Below are positions 1 through 12,639 of a DNA stretch of 64,000 nt, piece after piece. Position numbers and translations under genes: made by a program. How positions within the stretch are numbered: the stretch's first letter is position 1; the number at the start of each line of letters is the position of its first letter. The notes under the pieces are model-generated. The model was not told the DNA's origin, did not search any database, and worked only from the letters and a program-made list of their open reading frames with translations. The DNA is taken from NCBI GenBank assembly GCA_030390025.1, contig CM059432.1:75394001-75458000 (forward strand). The letters are read 5' to 3'. The DNA comes from Squalus acanthias. Lineage: Eukaryota.

Positions 1-157
1 ATCCTGAGATTGGGTTGGTCATCCGCCCCCAACCCGCCCTCCGTTAAAACCGGAAGTGGGCGGGTTGGAGGCAGGTTGGGGTCAGGTTTGAAAAATTTAC
101 ATTTTTTATCTCCCACCCACCTCCAACCCACCCATGCCTGGGGGTTAAAATCTCCCT
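1..157. mobile_element. Terminal fragment of a non-autonomous Harbinger-type element, cut by the window edge
   Basis: GC-rich subterminal repeats (cccgccc/gggcggg) ending in GGTTAAAATCTCCCT, similar to the element end at 44142-44157. Confidence 0.5.
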
Positions 158-189
158 CCTAACATTACAATGCAATCTTATGATACATT

Positions 190-301
190 GGGGTAATTTT
201 TCCATCAACTAGGCAGTTATATGCTGGAGCAGATCGCCCAATCTTTATAGAACCCACCCGATTTTCATTCCAGATTACTGCCCAGAACAAGAATCTACCC
301 C
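190..301. mobile_element. 112-bp Harbinger-type MITE
   Basis: Ends GGGGTAATTTT...AATCTACCCC; 3-bp TSD ATT at 187-189 and 302-304. Confidence 0.6.
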
Positions 302-385
302 ATTATTCCTTCAAGAGCAATGCATTCCGTTAAGGTGAAAAAAATCGGGCTAATGCATGGACTTCACACCATTCATTTCAATATG

Positions 386-750
386 ACAACAACAACTTGC
401 ATTTATGCAGCGCCTTTAACGTAGCAAAACATCCCAAGGTTCTTCACAGGAGCGATTATCAAACAACATTTGACACCGAGCCACATAAGGAGATAGGACA
501 GATGACCAAAAGCTTGTTCAAAGAGGCAGGTATTAAGGACCCTATTAAAGGAGGAGAGAGAGGTAGAGAGGTAGAGAGGTTTAGGGAGGGAATTCCAGAG
601 TTCAGGGTCTAGATAGCTGAAGGCACACCGCCAAAGGTGGAGCAATTAAAATCGGGGACTGCAAGAGGCCGTAATTGGAGGAGTGCAGACATCTCAGGGT
701 TGTCAGGCTGGAGGAGGTTACAGAGATAGGGATCGAGGCCATGGGGGGAT
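386..750 (-). mobile_element. L2 LINE 3' fragment
   Basis: (CAA)n tail at 386-396; minus strand encodes the L2 C-terminal motif PELWNSLPKPL; matches the other L2 copies in the window. Confidence 0.85.
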
Positions 751-883
751 TTGATTTGATGGAATTTGAACATTCCAGATACAAGCAAGTTATTCCTCTT
801 CTAATTTGTTCTTGTTCTTGATTTAAAATGCATAGATTGTCGGGTAGAGTTTGTGATAGAATAGATTATCCATATATTCTGGA

Positions 884-1058
884 CATGATGTGGAGATGCC
901 GGCGTTGGACTGGGGTGGACAAAAATGAGAAGTCGCACAACACCAGGTTATAGTCCAACAGATTTATTTAATTTTACAAGCTTTCGAAGCAGTTCGCTCC
1001 TTCGTCAGGTAAGTTAGCAATGAGAGAATCTCCCAGAATTCACAATTTAAACCCAGAT
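884..1058 (-). mobile_element. Penelope-like element pseudo-LTR fragment
   Basis: Homologous to 56431-56668; flanked by the 11-bp direct repeat TATATTCTGGA (873-883 and 1059-1069); contains a hammerhead core. Confidence 0.75.
975..1012 (-). ncRNA. Minimal hammerhead ribozyme motif (Penelope-type)
   Basis: Minus strand reads CTGACGA-AGGAGC-GAACT-GCTTC-GAAA-GCTTG: CUGANGA and GAAA boxes around a stem II hairpin. Confidence 0.65.
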
Positions 1059-3313
1059 TATATTCTGGAAGGAGTGGATTGATGACCTTTTCTTGTTCTG
1101 TGATTTTTTATGTTCACATTTTCACTGTACCTGTTACCTAACTATTGACTTACAAGAATATTCTTCTCTGATAGGCTAAATGCTAATGATTTTGAAATAT
1201 CACAAGAGCAAATTTCTTATTATGAAGCAGAAGCATCACCCCTGAAATTCCTGGCGAGGCCTGGGGTTTAGGGAATGGAGTGACGGGGAAGAGTCGGATC
1301 TGGGGCAGAACAGAACTTCTATTTTCCCATATTTTGGGCAGGTGCCTGTATCATTTCCATTGCCTCTGGGGCTCCTGTTTCACTGGAAGGGAGGAATATT
1401 GCGGTGTCACTTTGATGTCGCATCAGCGGGTTCCCAAGGCTGGAGAACCATCTGGAAAAGATTTTTTTTGAAGTATTGGTATCCACTGATGGGAGACGGC
1501 CAAATATTCAATGGCATCTTACAGCTAATTTCTGTGCCTTGTAGACTCTCGTAGCTCATCCATCCAGTTTCTGGACACTTTAACAAGTGGTTTACCCTCC
1601 TTTATCACTGAGAAAAGCTGTTACTGCAGCAATTTTTTAAGATTCTAAAACTATTGTTTTAGATAATCCAATTGAATCCTGTTCAATCAATTGCAGTGAA
1701 TAACTGAGCTTTTAAATTTCAAACTCTCCTCTCCTCCGCCCCATTTACATCGCATTACAAAATGCTTGCCAAATTGTGGGTGGTTATACTATGGGCCTGC
1801 CCACAAAAGTACTGAAATTTGTGATGGGGCTGGAATGGAGCAGAACCCTGGCTGGTTCTGCCCAAAAATTCCTGTTCCCCTGCTATCAGTCCACCACCCT
1901 CCCCAACCCCAGGAATTTTGGGGCCATCATATTCTAAGGACATGTCAAATTGTGAAGCCTGCCTCTGTCACCAGAGATGACTGAGCATGAAGAGGCTTGG
2001 ACTGAGATTAAAGCTAATTTCTTCCCTAGGCTTATGCAGAAAACACTGCTACATGACAACCTGTTCTGTTGGCGAGAGTAAAGTTTTGAAAAAAACATTT
2101 TTGTAATCCTATCAAGCACTACTATAAATATCCGCAGTAAATGCCAATATCTCTTGAGTTCCTGATCTCAGCTATGTAGCTGTGAGGAGCTGCCAAATGG
2201 AGGCTGGGCATCGCCCCAAAAGAGGCTAGTCCTGGGCCACTCTCAGTTACCTTGTGGCTGATTCAATGCTGCATGGTCAGTGGAACCAGGTTTTCTGTCA
2301 ATGACTGAAAATAAGTCCAAGAGTTATTGCAAGAGTAGGATAATAATATGAAACAGCCAGAATTATGTTAAAGGAGTCAAAACAAACACACGTCAGGGTT
2401 TGAACACACAAAAATGATGGACAGGAAAAGACCCACTTGTTCATTCAGCCTGTTCCATAAATTTGATTTAATTCTGTTTTCTATAAAGGTTTCTGTACGT
2501 GATTAGTTCAGCATTCAGTATTCTTGATATCTGTTAGACTGCTGTTTCTGCAGTGGGAGTCAGTGACAGTCATTCATATGAACAGTACAATGTTATTGTG
2601 CCTATTGTCTGAATACCTTCAACATTTGACAGAGACCATAGAGGCTTGGAAGGCTGTGACTATAATTATAGCAAGATATCTAACAATGAAACAGTGATTA
2701 CTGATCCCCATTTTGAAGGATCAGTTCTCAAAGTCTTTCACAACTAAATAAAACAGCCACTGTAGTCACGGTTTCATTGATTAAATTTTTGGTTGCAAAG
2801 TGGGTATGGCCAATTGGAAATGAAGGCAGAGATTTGTCATGCTGGTTCTCTCCCATTTTTTTTTATCAGCGGCATTTCCTGTGGGGAATTTGATAGGTGC
2901 AGGAGCTTAATTTCAATATTTTAATGAAATCTCAATGATATCATTTAAATTTCCATGCATATTCAGGCACGTCTCACACTGAGTCCAAAGTTTCTAAGGG
3001 CTAAGCTGTATTCAGAATCTCTTTGGAGTTTAATTGGCTCCAAGATGACACACATCAGTGAGAGATTGGAATTGAGTTTATTCACTGTGGCAGGCTTGGA
3101 TACCTAAGTCTAGCAGATCTGCAGTATTTCAGGGTGCTGTTGATGATTGACCAGACAATTTGGATCACTGGTGGAACCTGGAGGGGTAGTCCTGGCACTG
3201 GGAATGGGCTTCTTCTCACTGGGTCCAGATAATTCTGCTAAACAATGTCATAATTGGTAAAGTGGTCTTGGCTGGAAAAGCAGCAAGAAGCTCACCAGTG
3301 CTCTGTGCTGATA

Positions 3314-4206
3314 GGGGTAAAAATTCACTTGGTTGCGCCACCCGTTAGCGCCTTAAGAGGGCGCTAATGGGGCGCAAAGCCGCTAACGCCCGGGCGCAGC
3401 GATGTTTGCGCCGCTCGAGAACTTAACTTGAGATTGTGCGGCGGCGCTAAAACTTACCGCTGCGACCACCTGCGCGCGCAGATTGTGACGTCATTCCATG
3501 GTGCAACGCCCTTGGGGCGCCCCGTAGCGGAAATTGAGTGGCGCCCCCTGCCTTACCGCCTGGCGCATCCAACGACCAGAAGACTGGAACGCTATCAATC
3601 GCTGTGGGGCTGGGGGGGGCGCTATTTAAAGGGGGCCTCTTCCTGTCTTTTATTGTTGGTGGCATTTCTGAACTACGCATTCTGAGAGAGAGAGGGAGAG
3701 ACTTCTGGAGAGATTCAACGTTGTGTGAAGGAGTTTTGGGTACTGAGCAGCACTTTGCAGGTTCATTTTGATTTGCCATTCCTTGTATCGATTTAGCAGA
3801 GACCGTGGGAGCTGCACTCTGAGCTCTTTGCCTGGTGCTCTCCATTGTTCTTTCCAGCACATTTGATGTGCAAGTCTCTCCAGGCCGAGATTCAAGGCAG
3901 CAATGAACAGGATGTGGATGGAAAGCAAGATTAACCATCCCCTTTAAGAACTGGCCCGTGCCATTGTGTGTGTGTTCCATTGTTGACTGACATTACATGA
4001 GCTTCGCCAGCGCTCCGAGTTAGCGCCTCACTGCTCGGCCTTTGCGCCTTAAGAGAGGTGTGCAGCGCCTGCTTTAGCGCTCCACTCACCTCCCGGGGCG
4101 GTAAAAGTGAAGTTTCCCGTCAGTGCCGATAATTAGCGCCAGGCGCTAATATTTGCGTCCGGACGATATTTGCGCCCCAAATGGGGCGCGACCTAATTTC
4201 TACCCC
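3314..4206. mobile_element. Non-autonomous Harbinger-type DNA transposon (~890 bp)
   Basis: TIRs GGGGTAAAAATT / AATTTCTACCCC; CpG-rich subterminal TTAGCGCC repeats; TSD not clean. Confidence 0.75.
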
Positions 4207-4720
4207 TAAGCTTTAGCAGTACCACTGTGTACACTTGAGGCTCCCTAAGCTTTGGTTCTTGCTAACGTACACCTAACCTCTCTGTACTTAGGTAAACAGG
4301 TATGTCCTCACGGGAAGAGAGTGTGAATTCCATATCAGGCAAATGCAGCTCTACTTGTGTGGATTTCTCAGTAGTTCATTTCGGAGACTCTAAACCATGG
4401 TGATGGGTTTTCACAGAGGTCAGACACCCATTTGTGATCAGTTAGAAATCTTGTACTGACTGGTAGTATGTGCAGTGTCTGTACTGCTGTGGGGCTGCCA
4501 AAAAACCAGCAGTGCATTTGCTATCCATCTGAATTTCTTTTGCATAGCATCAGGAGCCTAAAAGGTAAATTTGTAACAAATTCCTTATTTTATGTTGATA
4601 CAAAGTAACTTCCTGTTTTTTTTTCTTGTAACCTCCTTTTGAGTTATATTTCCACTGGGCAAAAATCAGTTTACACTCAAGTGATAACAATTTGCAGATA
4701 GAAATCTGTGACTCTGTTTC

Positions 4721-5646
4721 ATAAGAACATAAGAAATAGGAGCAGGAGTCGGCCATTGGCCCCTCGAGCCTGCTCCGCCATTCAATGAGATCATGGCTGA
4801 TCTGGTCTTGGTCTCAACTCTGCTCCCCATAACCCTTGATTCCTTTATTGTTCAAAAATCTGTCTATCTCCACCTTAAATATATTCAATGACTCCGCCTC
4901 CACAGCTCTCTGGGGTAGAGAATTCCAAAGATTCACGACCCTCTGAGAGAAGAAATTCCTCCTCATCTCCGTTTTAAATGGGCGACCCTTTATTCTGAAT
5001 CTATGCCCCCTAGATCTAGATTCCCCCATGAGGGGAAACATCCTCTCTGCATCTACCCTGTCAAGCCCCCTCAGAATCTTATACGTTTCAATAAGATCAC
5101 CTCTCATTCTTCTAAACTCCAATGAGTATAGGCCCAACCTGCTCAACCTTTCTTCATAAGACAACCCCTTCATCTCAGAAATTAACCTAGTGAACCTTCT
5201 CTGAACTGCCTCTAATGCAAGTATATCCCTCCTTAAATAAGGAGACCAATACTGTACGCGGTTGGTTTCACCAACGCCCTGTACAGTTGTAGTAAGACAT
5301 CCCTACTTTTTTTCCCTACTCCATTAAGTAACACTCTGATCTATCTCCCTTGCAATAAAGGCAATAAAGGCCAACATTCCATTTGCCTTCTTAATTACTT
5401 GCTGTACCTGCATGCTAACATTTTGTGTTTCATGTACAAGGACCACCAGATCCCTCTGTACTGCAGCATTTTGTAGTTTCCCTCCATTTAAATAATAATT
5501 TGCTTTTTTATTTTTCCTACCAAAGTGAATAACCTCACATTTCCCCACATTATACTCCATCTGCCAAATTTTTACCCATTCACTTAACCTATCTATATCC
5601 CTTTGCAGATTCTTTGTGTCCTCTTCACAACTTGCTTTCCCATCTA
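4721..5646 (-). mobile_element. CR1 LINE 3' fragment
   Basis: ORFs 4814-5173 and 5324-5560 (GLSYEERL...LEFRRMRGDLIETYKI, CEVIHFGRKN) are CR1 ORF2 C-terminus; CATAAGAA microsatellite tail at 4721. Confidence 0.92.
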
Positions 5647-6330
5647 TGTTTCTGGTTTGCCTTTCTTTTTACCCTTTCTGTTTGGTGTCTGTATTCTCGA
5701 ATTCACAAAGGTTACCTCCAAATCAAACTGCTGATGCAGCACTGTTCGCCTCGGAGTGATTTAGTTGTAAATTGTGACTTGTGCTTAAAATAAAACCGCA
5801 ATTAAGCGTGTATTCTTAAAATAGGTGCTGGTTTATGCCCGGATAGTACACCAGTTTACAGACAAGACAAGCTGATGACATTGCAGCAGCGAGTGGCCCA
5901 GTAAGGGAAATCCATTGACTAAAAACAAATGATAAAATAACCTAAGCCCTTTGTAGTTTGTAATGCAAACTCTGGAGAGAGACAAAAATACCAGGTTAAA
6001 CACAACAAGAGCACTATTCAGGAACTGTGCCCTTCAGCAAGGACTGTCAGTGGACAGTGCATAGCAATACCTACCCCCATCTATTTTTAAATTTTTTGAC
6101 TCCCTCTCTTTGATTTTTCTCCATGCCATAGATAATTACCAACCAGGTTGGTGCTCTGAAGCCCTGGGAATGCCATTCCATTTGTTATTGTATTTCCAAT
6201 TTTCTACACATAACTCTTTAAGGGGTTCCATAGGCACTTCATTTGGGATCATAGAAATCAAGCTTCAACAGGCCATATAACCTTTGTCAGGGGCCTCACG
6301 CCTGAGCCTGATCTTGCCTGAATAGACATA

Positions 6331-7093
6331 GGCCCAGAAATTCGCCTCTCCGGCTTGCCGCGGGGGTAAGGATCGCGCGCGCTCTTACCTACCGTGTCTG
6401 CCGTTGTGTTTTGGGCCCACGGGAACTTCAGCTCCTGGGCCTGCTCCAAGAGCCGGCGCGCAGTGCTTGCGTGTTCCAGGGGCGTAGTTAGTGCGATGTG
6501 TCCCCTGGGATCACGTGGGCCATGGAGAGCCAATGGCAGCAGACCATCTTTCATTCATAGATTTGACAGGAGACCTGTCAAATCTGTGAATTGAAATCGG
6601 CCCCAAAAGAACAGCTAAACTTAAAATAAATTTTAAAAAAACCATCACATTTATAAAATAACTATAGTTAAATAAATTAACCACTTTAAACAAAAATTTT
6701 AATTTTTGAAAAAATTAAAATACTTTTTAAAAGTGATAAAAATAAACTTACCTTTCTTTAAAGTATCTAAAAAAGATAAACCTGTTGAAAAAAAATTAAA
6801 ATTATACTTAATTAACCACTTACCTTGTTGAAAACGGGTCTTGCGCCTCCTTTTTATTAGCGTAGTATCTTCAATACTTACCTTCGTGTAGAAACCTAAA
6901 AAAAAATCTAAGTTTGCTGCGTGTGTGCAGCCTCTACCGCGCACGCGGTTCACCTAGGAACCGCCCCCTTCACCATACCGGAAGTTCCGGTTTCCTGCGC
7001 ATGCGCAGTGCATGCAGGAGATCGGCACTTCGGGACGCCTTACGCGTGAGTACGGACTGTGTACTCACCCGGGAAGGGCCGAATTTTTGGCCC
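6331..7093. mobile_element. Harbinger-type MITE, family A, copy 1
   Basis: TIRs GGCCCAGAAATTCG / CGAATTTTTGGCCC; TSD ATA; a closely similar inverted copy lies at 53030-53789. Confidence 0.9.
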
Positions 7094-7939
7094 ATACTTT
7101 CTAGCAGAATTCACTGAAGAAATGATGAGGAGAGGGAACCCGATACTGACTGGAAGAGGAATCTATTACAAACATTTCAGTGTTGTATAGTACTCATTCT
7201 ATGCAATCTGATAATTGATCTCCATTCATTTGTGACACTTTCTACATTTTCATATTGGTGGCACATGGCTGTCATGTTGCAGATCCTGCCACCCCCTGCC
7301 CCATTTTACAATAGTCTCTAAAAACTATCTGTGGTGGGACAAAATGCACCAGTATCACCAAGTAAAAATGTTAAAGAGAAGTTTGTTGTATCTTACTTTT
7401 ACAAAACACGGCATGTTAAGCAAATAAAAGTTATATAAATAAACACATTTTACACTGTACTCTTATCTCAGATTTTGATAAACCTACATTTGAGTTAATA
7501 CATGGATGTCAGAAACAATACTTAAATAACATTCATGATAGAAGGAAAGAAATAACAGGAATTCAGGAAGTTGCCAATGTTTTATGACTTTTAATATAAG
7601 ACTAATAGAGACCAATGAAAAAGGATACTGTCATCTTTAAGCCTATTTTGTGGAGAAAATGGAGAGGCGTGACCTCAATAAAAGTTGATTATGTCTGTTA
7701 TTTTTAGTGCCTAGCTATAGGTTTCTGAACAGTAAGCTTTTAAAACCAGCCAAGTTATCAACTACCTTCAACTGCAAATGCCTGGGGCAAAATGTCTTTC
7801 ATATTGCTCTGTTGGGAGCCTGCTTTGGAAGTCATTGATAGACTAGTCAAAAATCATATGGTATCTATGTGGCACCTACTGTTTGGCCCATTCAAAACAC
7901 AAGTGTAAAGTTTATGAGTGTACATAAACAGGATATTTT

Positions 7940-8330
7940 TACTTAATTCCAAAATTCTCATCCTTGTTTTCAAATCCCTCCATGGCCTCGCCCCTCCCTA
8001 TCTCTGTAATCTCCTTCAGCCCCACAACCCGCCGAGATATCTGCGCTCCTCTAATTCTGCCCTCTTGAGCATCACTGATTATAATCGCTCAACCATTGGT
8101 GGCCGTGCCTTCTGTTGCCTAGACCCTAAGTTCTGGAATTTCCTCCCTAACCCTCTCCGCCTCACTACCTCTCTTTCCTCCTTAAAACCTACCTCTTTGA
8201 CCAAGCTTTTGGTCACCTGCCCATATTTCTCCTTATGTGGCTCGGTGTTAAATTTACTCCTGTGAAGCGCCTTGGGACGTTTTACTACGTTAAAGGCGCT
8301 ATATAAATACAAGTTGTTGTTGTTGTTGTT
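7940..8330 (+). mobile_element. L2 LINE 3' fragment
   Basis: KILILVFKSLHGLAPPYL...WNFLP motif; (GTT)n tail. Confidence 0.9.
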
Positions 8331-8424
8331 AATATGTATTGATTCAAAAATTCATCTGAGAGTGGCTACCATTCACCTCTTCTTCACTAGAAATATAATG
8401 ACACTTTCTTATACCAGAGTATGG

Positions 8425-8700
8425 GCTTTCCCCAAATGGCTTAGTGGGTAAATGCACTGAGTGTGTGCAGACCAGAGAAATTTCAGGCCTTAGGTGCAGG
8501 TCTCAGGTTCAATTTGAACAAACTTGGCTGGTCTCTGGGCAGCAGCAGGGGTGCTTCAGTGGGCCTTTGTTTCCCAGCGATAGGAAGGGGTTGGGGGAAA
8601 TCATCCAGGGTTCCTGCTCCTGATTATTGTCAAATAACTCCTGCTAGAATGTGCATGTGTGGATACCAGGACAGAACAGGATCAGATTGACTTTTTAAGA
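8425..8700 (+). mobile_element. LF-SINE-like SINE
   Basis: tRNA-like head TGGCTTAGTGGGTAA; body CAGGGTTCCTGCTCCTGAT...CTGCTAGAA resembles LF-SINE as recalled; related copies at 16350 and 60690. Confidence 0.65.
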
Positions 8701-9334
8701 TCAGGAAGAATGTCCCCTTGACAGTATTCGAGTGCAGGCAGCATCGCTGGGACAATACCCTGGAAAGAGTCAGTGTATTCAGGAGCATAGAAGCAGACCA
8801 TACAGCCCATCAATCTGCACCAATGGTTTTCTCCATGAGCCACCTAGCATAATAAAAGTGTGCTGTTCATACCCACACCCTTTAATATTTCTCTTTTTCA
8901 AAAAAAGAATGGACTCTGCTTCAGCATTCATTTGTGGAAATTCTACTCTCCCCCATGTGTAAAGACTTTCTATTCTAACCTCTGCTTTCTCACCAGAAAT
9001 ATTTCCATATTTAATTGTATTTTTGAATAATTAGAATCTCTAATGAATATAACTATTGTGAATACACACCTCACTAATTTGTCAACAAATTTCATCCTTG
9101 ATTTTTTATTAACTGTTTATGCTCTATAATATACTCCCAGTAGTACGATCAATCTCTTGGTATTATTCAGCTCAATAGGATTCTTTATAGATGATTTCAG
9201 TATTTAAATCCTTATGCTGTGGTGCTGTGATATTATAGCTTCCTTCCCTATTCCTCCTGAAAGTTTTATACACAGGCACATTTGTTATTTATAACCCAGT
9301 TCCAGGGCGGGTGGGGGGTGGGGCGCAGGACTCT

Positions 9335-9432
9335 GTTCTGACGAAAGGTCATCGACCTGAAACAACTCTTTTTCCCTCCCCACAGATGCTGCCTGACCTG
9401 CTGAGTATTTCCAGCATTTTCTGTTTTTATTT
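9335..9432 (+). mobile_element. Penelope-type pseudo-LTR remnant (second family) with degenerate hammerhead core
   Basis: CTGACGA-AAGGTCATCGACCT-GAAAC followed by CACAGATGCTGCCTGACCTGCTGAGTATTTCCAGCATTTTCTG. Confidence 0.6.
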
Positions 9433-9911
9433 CAGTGTTCCCATGCATTTTAGTTTGTATTTGTTTGGTTTGGCAATTTTCCTATTCTCGCCTTCCTAAT
9501 ATTTTTTTACTATTTTGTCTTCCTAATTTTTTTTTACTATTTTGTCCGGCTTAACTGCTTCCAACCTTTCTATCTCCTTATTAACTATACACCTGGGGCG
9601 TGTGAAGTGTAGTGGAGCAGAGGTTCTGTCCCTCCATGAGCCCATGGAAGGCCCTGAAGCAGATTTCAGAGACAGGGTCAATGAAATCCTTAGGGCAGGC
9701 AGTCCGTGCCTATAAGAGCTCATCAGATGCCCTCGCCCCAACCGTGCTCTTAAAAATCAGAGCAGCACCATGCTGCTCCCAGAGTAGAAGAGGCCTGGAA
9801 TGGGTTCGAGGAAGAACAGATGAGAAAGATGTAAACTGCTCCTAAAAGAGCAGGTTAGCTCTCTGGGAGCGATTACATTTGTCCTGGGTAACCCGAGGGC
9901 TCTGGTAAAGA

Positions 9912-10375
9912 ATGAAAGACTGCATTTATGTAGCGCCTTTCACCACCTCAGGACATCCCAAAACGCTTAACAGCCAATGAAATACTTTTGATTAAAGTGC
10001 AGTCACTGTTGTAATGTAGGAAATGCAGCAGCAATTTGCACACAGCAAGGTTCCACAAACAATAATGTGATAATGACCAGATCATTTGTTTTAGTGACAT
10101 TGGTTGAAGGATAAATATGGCCCAGGCCACCAGGGAGATCCTCCCAGCTCTTTTTCAAAATAGTGCCATGGAATGTTTTACAACCAACTGAGAGAGCAGA
10201 GCCTTGGTTTGACATCTCATCCGAGTTATGGTTTGACATCTCATCCGAAAGACTGCCTTAGTACTGCACTGAAGTATCAGCCTAGATTTTGTGCTCAAGA
10301 CTCTGGAGTGGGGATTTGAACCCACAACCTTCTGACTCAGTAGTAGAGAGTGCTACAACTGAGCCACGGCTGACA
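9912..10375 (-). mobile_element. tRNA-headed Deu-domain SINE (SacSINE1-like)
   Basis: tRNA-like head with A/B boxes at about 10310-10375 on minus; L2-like tail AAAGGCGCTACATAAATGCAG; several copies in the window. Confidence 0.75.
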
Positions 10376-10429
10376 CCTGTAAAGCCCTCGCTGGAATTCA
10401 TGTCAACTGGTCAGAGTTCCATTGGGCCT

Positions 10430-12355
10430 TACAACAACAAAAACAACAATTTGTATTTATATAGCATCTTTAACATAGTAAAAAGTCACAAGGCACTTCA
10501 CAGGAGTATTATAAGACAAAATATTTGACACCGAGCCACATAAGAAGAAATTAAGGCAGGTGACCAAAAGCTTGGTCAAAGACGTAGGTTTTAAGGAGCG
10601 TCTTAGAGGAAAGAGAGGTAGCGAGGTGGAGAGTTTTAGGCAGGGAATTCCAGAGCTTAGGGCCTAGGCAACAGAAGGCACGGCCACCAATGGTTGAGTG
10701 ATTATAATCAGGGATGCTCAAGAGGGCAGAATTAGAGGAGCGCAGATATCTCGGGGGGTTGTGGGGCTGAAGGAGATTACAGAGATAGGGAGGGGTGAGG
10801 CCATGGAGGGATTTGAATACAAGAATGAGAATTTTGAAATCAAGGCGTTGCTTAACGGAGAACCAATGTAGGTCAGCGAGCACAGGGATGATGGGTGAAC
10901 GGGACTTGGTGCGAGTTAGGACACGGGCAGCCGAGTTTTGGATGACCTCAAGTTAACGTAGGGTAGAACGTGGGAGGCCAGCCAGGAGTGCATTGGAATA
11001 GTCAAGTCTAGAGGTAATAAAGGCATGAATGAGGGTTTCAGCAGCGGATGAGCTGAGGCAAGGGCGGAGATGGGCAACGTTACGCAGGTGTAAATAAGTG
11101 GTCTTAGTTATGCTGCGGATCTGTGGCCGGAAGCTCATTTCAGGGTCAAATATGACACCAAGGTTGCAAACAGTGTTGTTCAGCCTCAGACAGATGTTAG
11201 GGAGAGGGATGGAGTCAGCGGCTAGGGAACAGAGTTTGTGGCGGGGACCGAAAACAATATTCCCAATATTTATTTGGAGAAAATTTCTGCTCATCCAGAA
11301 CTGGATGTCGGACAAGCAGTGTGACAATTTAGAGACAGTGGAGGGTTTGAAAGAATTGGTGGTGAGGTAGAGCTGGGTGTCATCAGCGTACATATGGAAA
11401 CTGACATTGTGTTTTCGGATGATGTCGCCAAGGGGCAGCATGTAGATGAGAAATAGGACAGGGTCAAGGATAGATCCTTGGGGACACCAGAGGTAATGAT
11501 ATGGGAGCGGGTAGAGAAGCCATTGCAGGTAATTCTCTGGCCACGATTAAACAGATAATAATGGAACCAGGCGAGTGCAGTCCCACCCAGCTGGACGACG
11601 GTGCAGAGGCGTTGGAGAAGGATGGACTGTTCAACCGTGTCAAAGGCTGCAGACAAGTCAAGAAGGATGAGAAGGGATAGTTTACCTTTGTCACAGTCAC
11701 AAAGGATGTCATTTGTGACTTTGATGAGAGCCGTTTCGGTACTGTGGCGGAGCGGAAATCTGATTGGAGGGATTCAAACATGAAGTTGTGGGATAGATGG
11801 GCATGGATTTGGAAGGTGACAACACGTTCAAGGACTTTTGCGAGGAAAGGGAGGTTGGAGATGGGGCGGTAGTTTGCAATGACGGAGGGGTCAAGGGTTG
11901 GTTTTTTGAGGAGAGGAGTAATGACGGCAGATTTGAGGGAGGGGGGACAGTACCTGAGGAGAGAGAACCGCTAACAATGTCAGCTAACATGGGAGCCAGA
12001 AAAGGAAGTTGGGTGGTCAGCAGTTTGGTGGGAATAGGGTTGAGAGAGCAGAAAGTGGGTCTCATAGACAAGATGAGCGTGGAGAGGTCATGAGGGGAGA
12101 TTGGAGAGAAACCGGAGAAAGATGTGAGTTCAGGGCTAGGGCAGGGGGGATCTTCAGAAGAAGTTAGGCCCAGTGGGCTAGGGGAAGGAAGGGAACTGAC
12201 AGAGGCAGTTGAATGGATGATCTCAATCTTAGAGACAAAGAAGTCCATGAGCTCCTCATACTTGTTGGAGGTGAGGGTGGAGGAGATTGGGCAGAGGGGT
12301 TTAAGAAGACAGTTAGCAGTGGAGAATAGAAGCTGGGGTTTATCTTTGCAGTGTA
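10430..12355 (-). mobile_element. L2 LINE, 5'-truncated and decayed
   Basis: Frameshifted RT (MSAAFDTV, HMYADDTQLY, SRLDYSNALL); (CAA)n tail at 10430. Confidence 0.93.
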
Positions 12356-12639
12356 ATAGGCAAAATTCCCAAATAGTCTGGAAACTCCACCAGACACAGC
12401 CCTGGATGTGGGGGTGGGGGTTGGTTAATCGGAAGATCTACCTGCTCCCCCAACCAGAATTTCAAGGGCTTCTTCCATGGGGCGGATTCTACCTCAAATT
12501 CTGGCATAACCCCGGTAGACAATTTGTCCATTCTCTGCCCTCTCCAGCACCCAACCATATTTTTATTGACAATTTTATATATCACTGACTCCCCAAACAG
12601 AGGAATAGTATTTCCCCATTCAATTTAGTAAATCCTGTT

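Noticed and set aside
3447..3980. 177-aa ORF
   Set aside because: Chance ORF in a GC-rich non-autonomous transposon; no motifs.
10205..10250. Direct repeat GGTTTGACATCTCATCCGA (two copies) as a CRISPR-like array
   Set aside because: Only two units; a local duplication inside a SINE in eukaryotic DNA.
10310..10375. tRNA gene
   Set aside because: It is the tRNA-derived head of a SINE, contiguous with the SINE body.
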